The notes under the pieces: generated by a model
Seen by the model: only the letters and a program-made list of their open reading frames with translations
What the model was told of the DNA's origin: nothing
The model's database searches: none
Program-made: the position numbers and the translations under genes
Shown here: one piece after another, positions 63,544 through 64,000 of the stretch
Numbering within the stretch: the first letter of the stretch is position 1
How the letters are laid out: every line of letters begins with the position of its first letter
Sequence record: SRR9188677_178
Reading direction: 5' to 3' (one strand)
DNA: 64,000 bases

Positions 63544-64000
63544 TGTTACTCCACTGTTCTAAAAAGGTTTGATACTGGTTGATTCAAAATTGAGCTATTT
63601 GCAGCTTACTTGGGTGGAACTGTTGAAAAATAAATAGTGGGATTGTGCAGACTTTGAAAAAAAGTCATGAAAAGTAGATATGTATGCTAAATCAGTTTAA
63701 CAGCACAGGCATTGTTAAAACATCCAATTTCATAATATGAGTGGTAATACAACTAAAGAGTTTTACGACGGTGGGCACAAGAATGAATCGATGTAATCAT
63801 TCATCGGTGCTACAAGGTAAGGAACTCCGGAAGAGTGTTCAGGTTTGATAGGTTGTTATTAGATAACATCGTAATATATGCACTAATGAAATGAGGACTA
63901 CATCGGTGCGATTTTTGCTAATTTAGATGTTTCAATAGTGATATTATTTCCTACATTCTTCATGAAAGTATAGTTGTGACTGCATAATCGTGGGCCATCT

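Overview
Bacterial chromosomal window. The gene content and protein sequences suggest a betaproteobacterium, probably Methylophilaceae (inference only). Bases 1 to ~41 kb are mostly core genome: the 5' part of clpB, lspA-ileS-ribF, murJ, rpsT, purKE, proB-obgE-rpmA-rplU and ccoG. Interspersed are five c-di-GMP enzymes, a putative copper-uptake operon led by a DUF2946/CruR-like RAPP peptide with an unexpected XRE regulator inside it, a three-gene M48 peptidase insert, a MocR regulator with two matching operator-like sites, and a three-gene operon of small unknown proteins behind a perfect Fur box. From ~41 kb to the end the sequence looks more AT-rich (by eye, not computed) and accessory. It carries a LOV histidine kinase, PilZ, alternative oxidase, a catalase-like protein, small disordered proteins, a Fur-boxed siderophore receptor, a Mo-oxidoreductase, a TetR operon, a KaiC-like ATPase coupled to a hybrid kinase, xth and an orphan cheY. 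It also holds two tRNA 3'-end relics, decayed repeated ORF fragments and a recurring 18-bp upstream motif. No rRNA, complete tRNA, CRISPR array, transposase or integrase was found.
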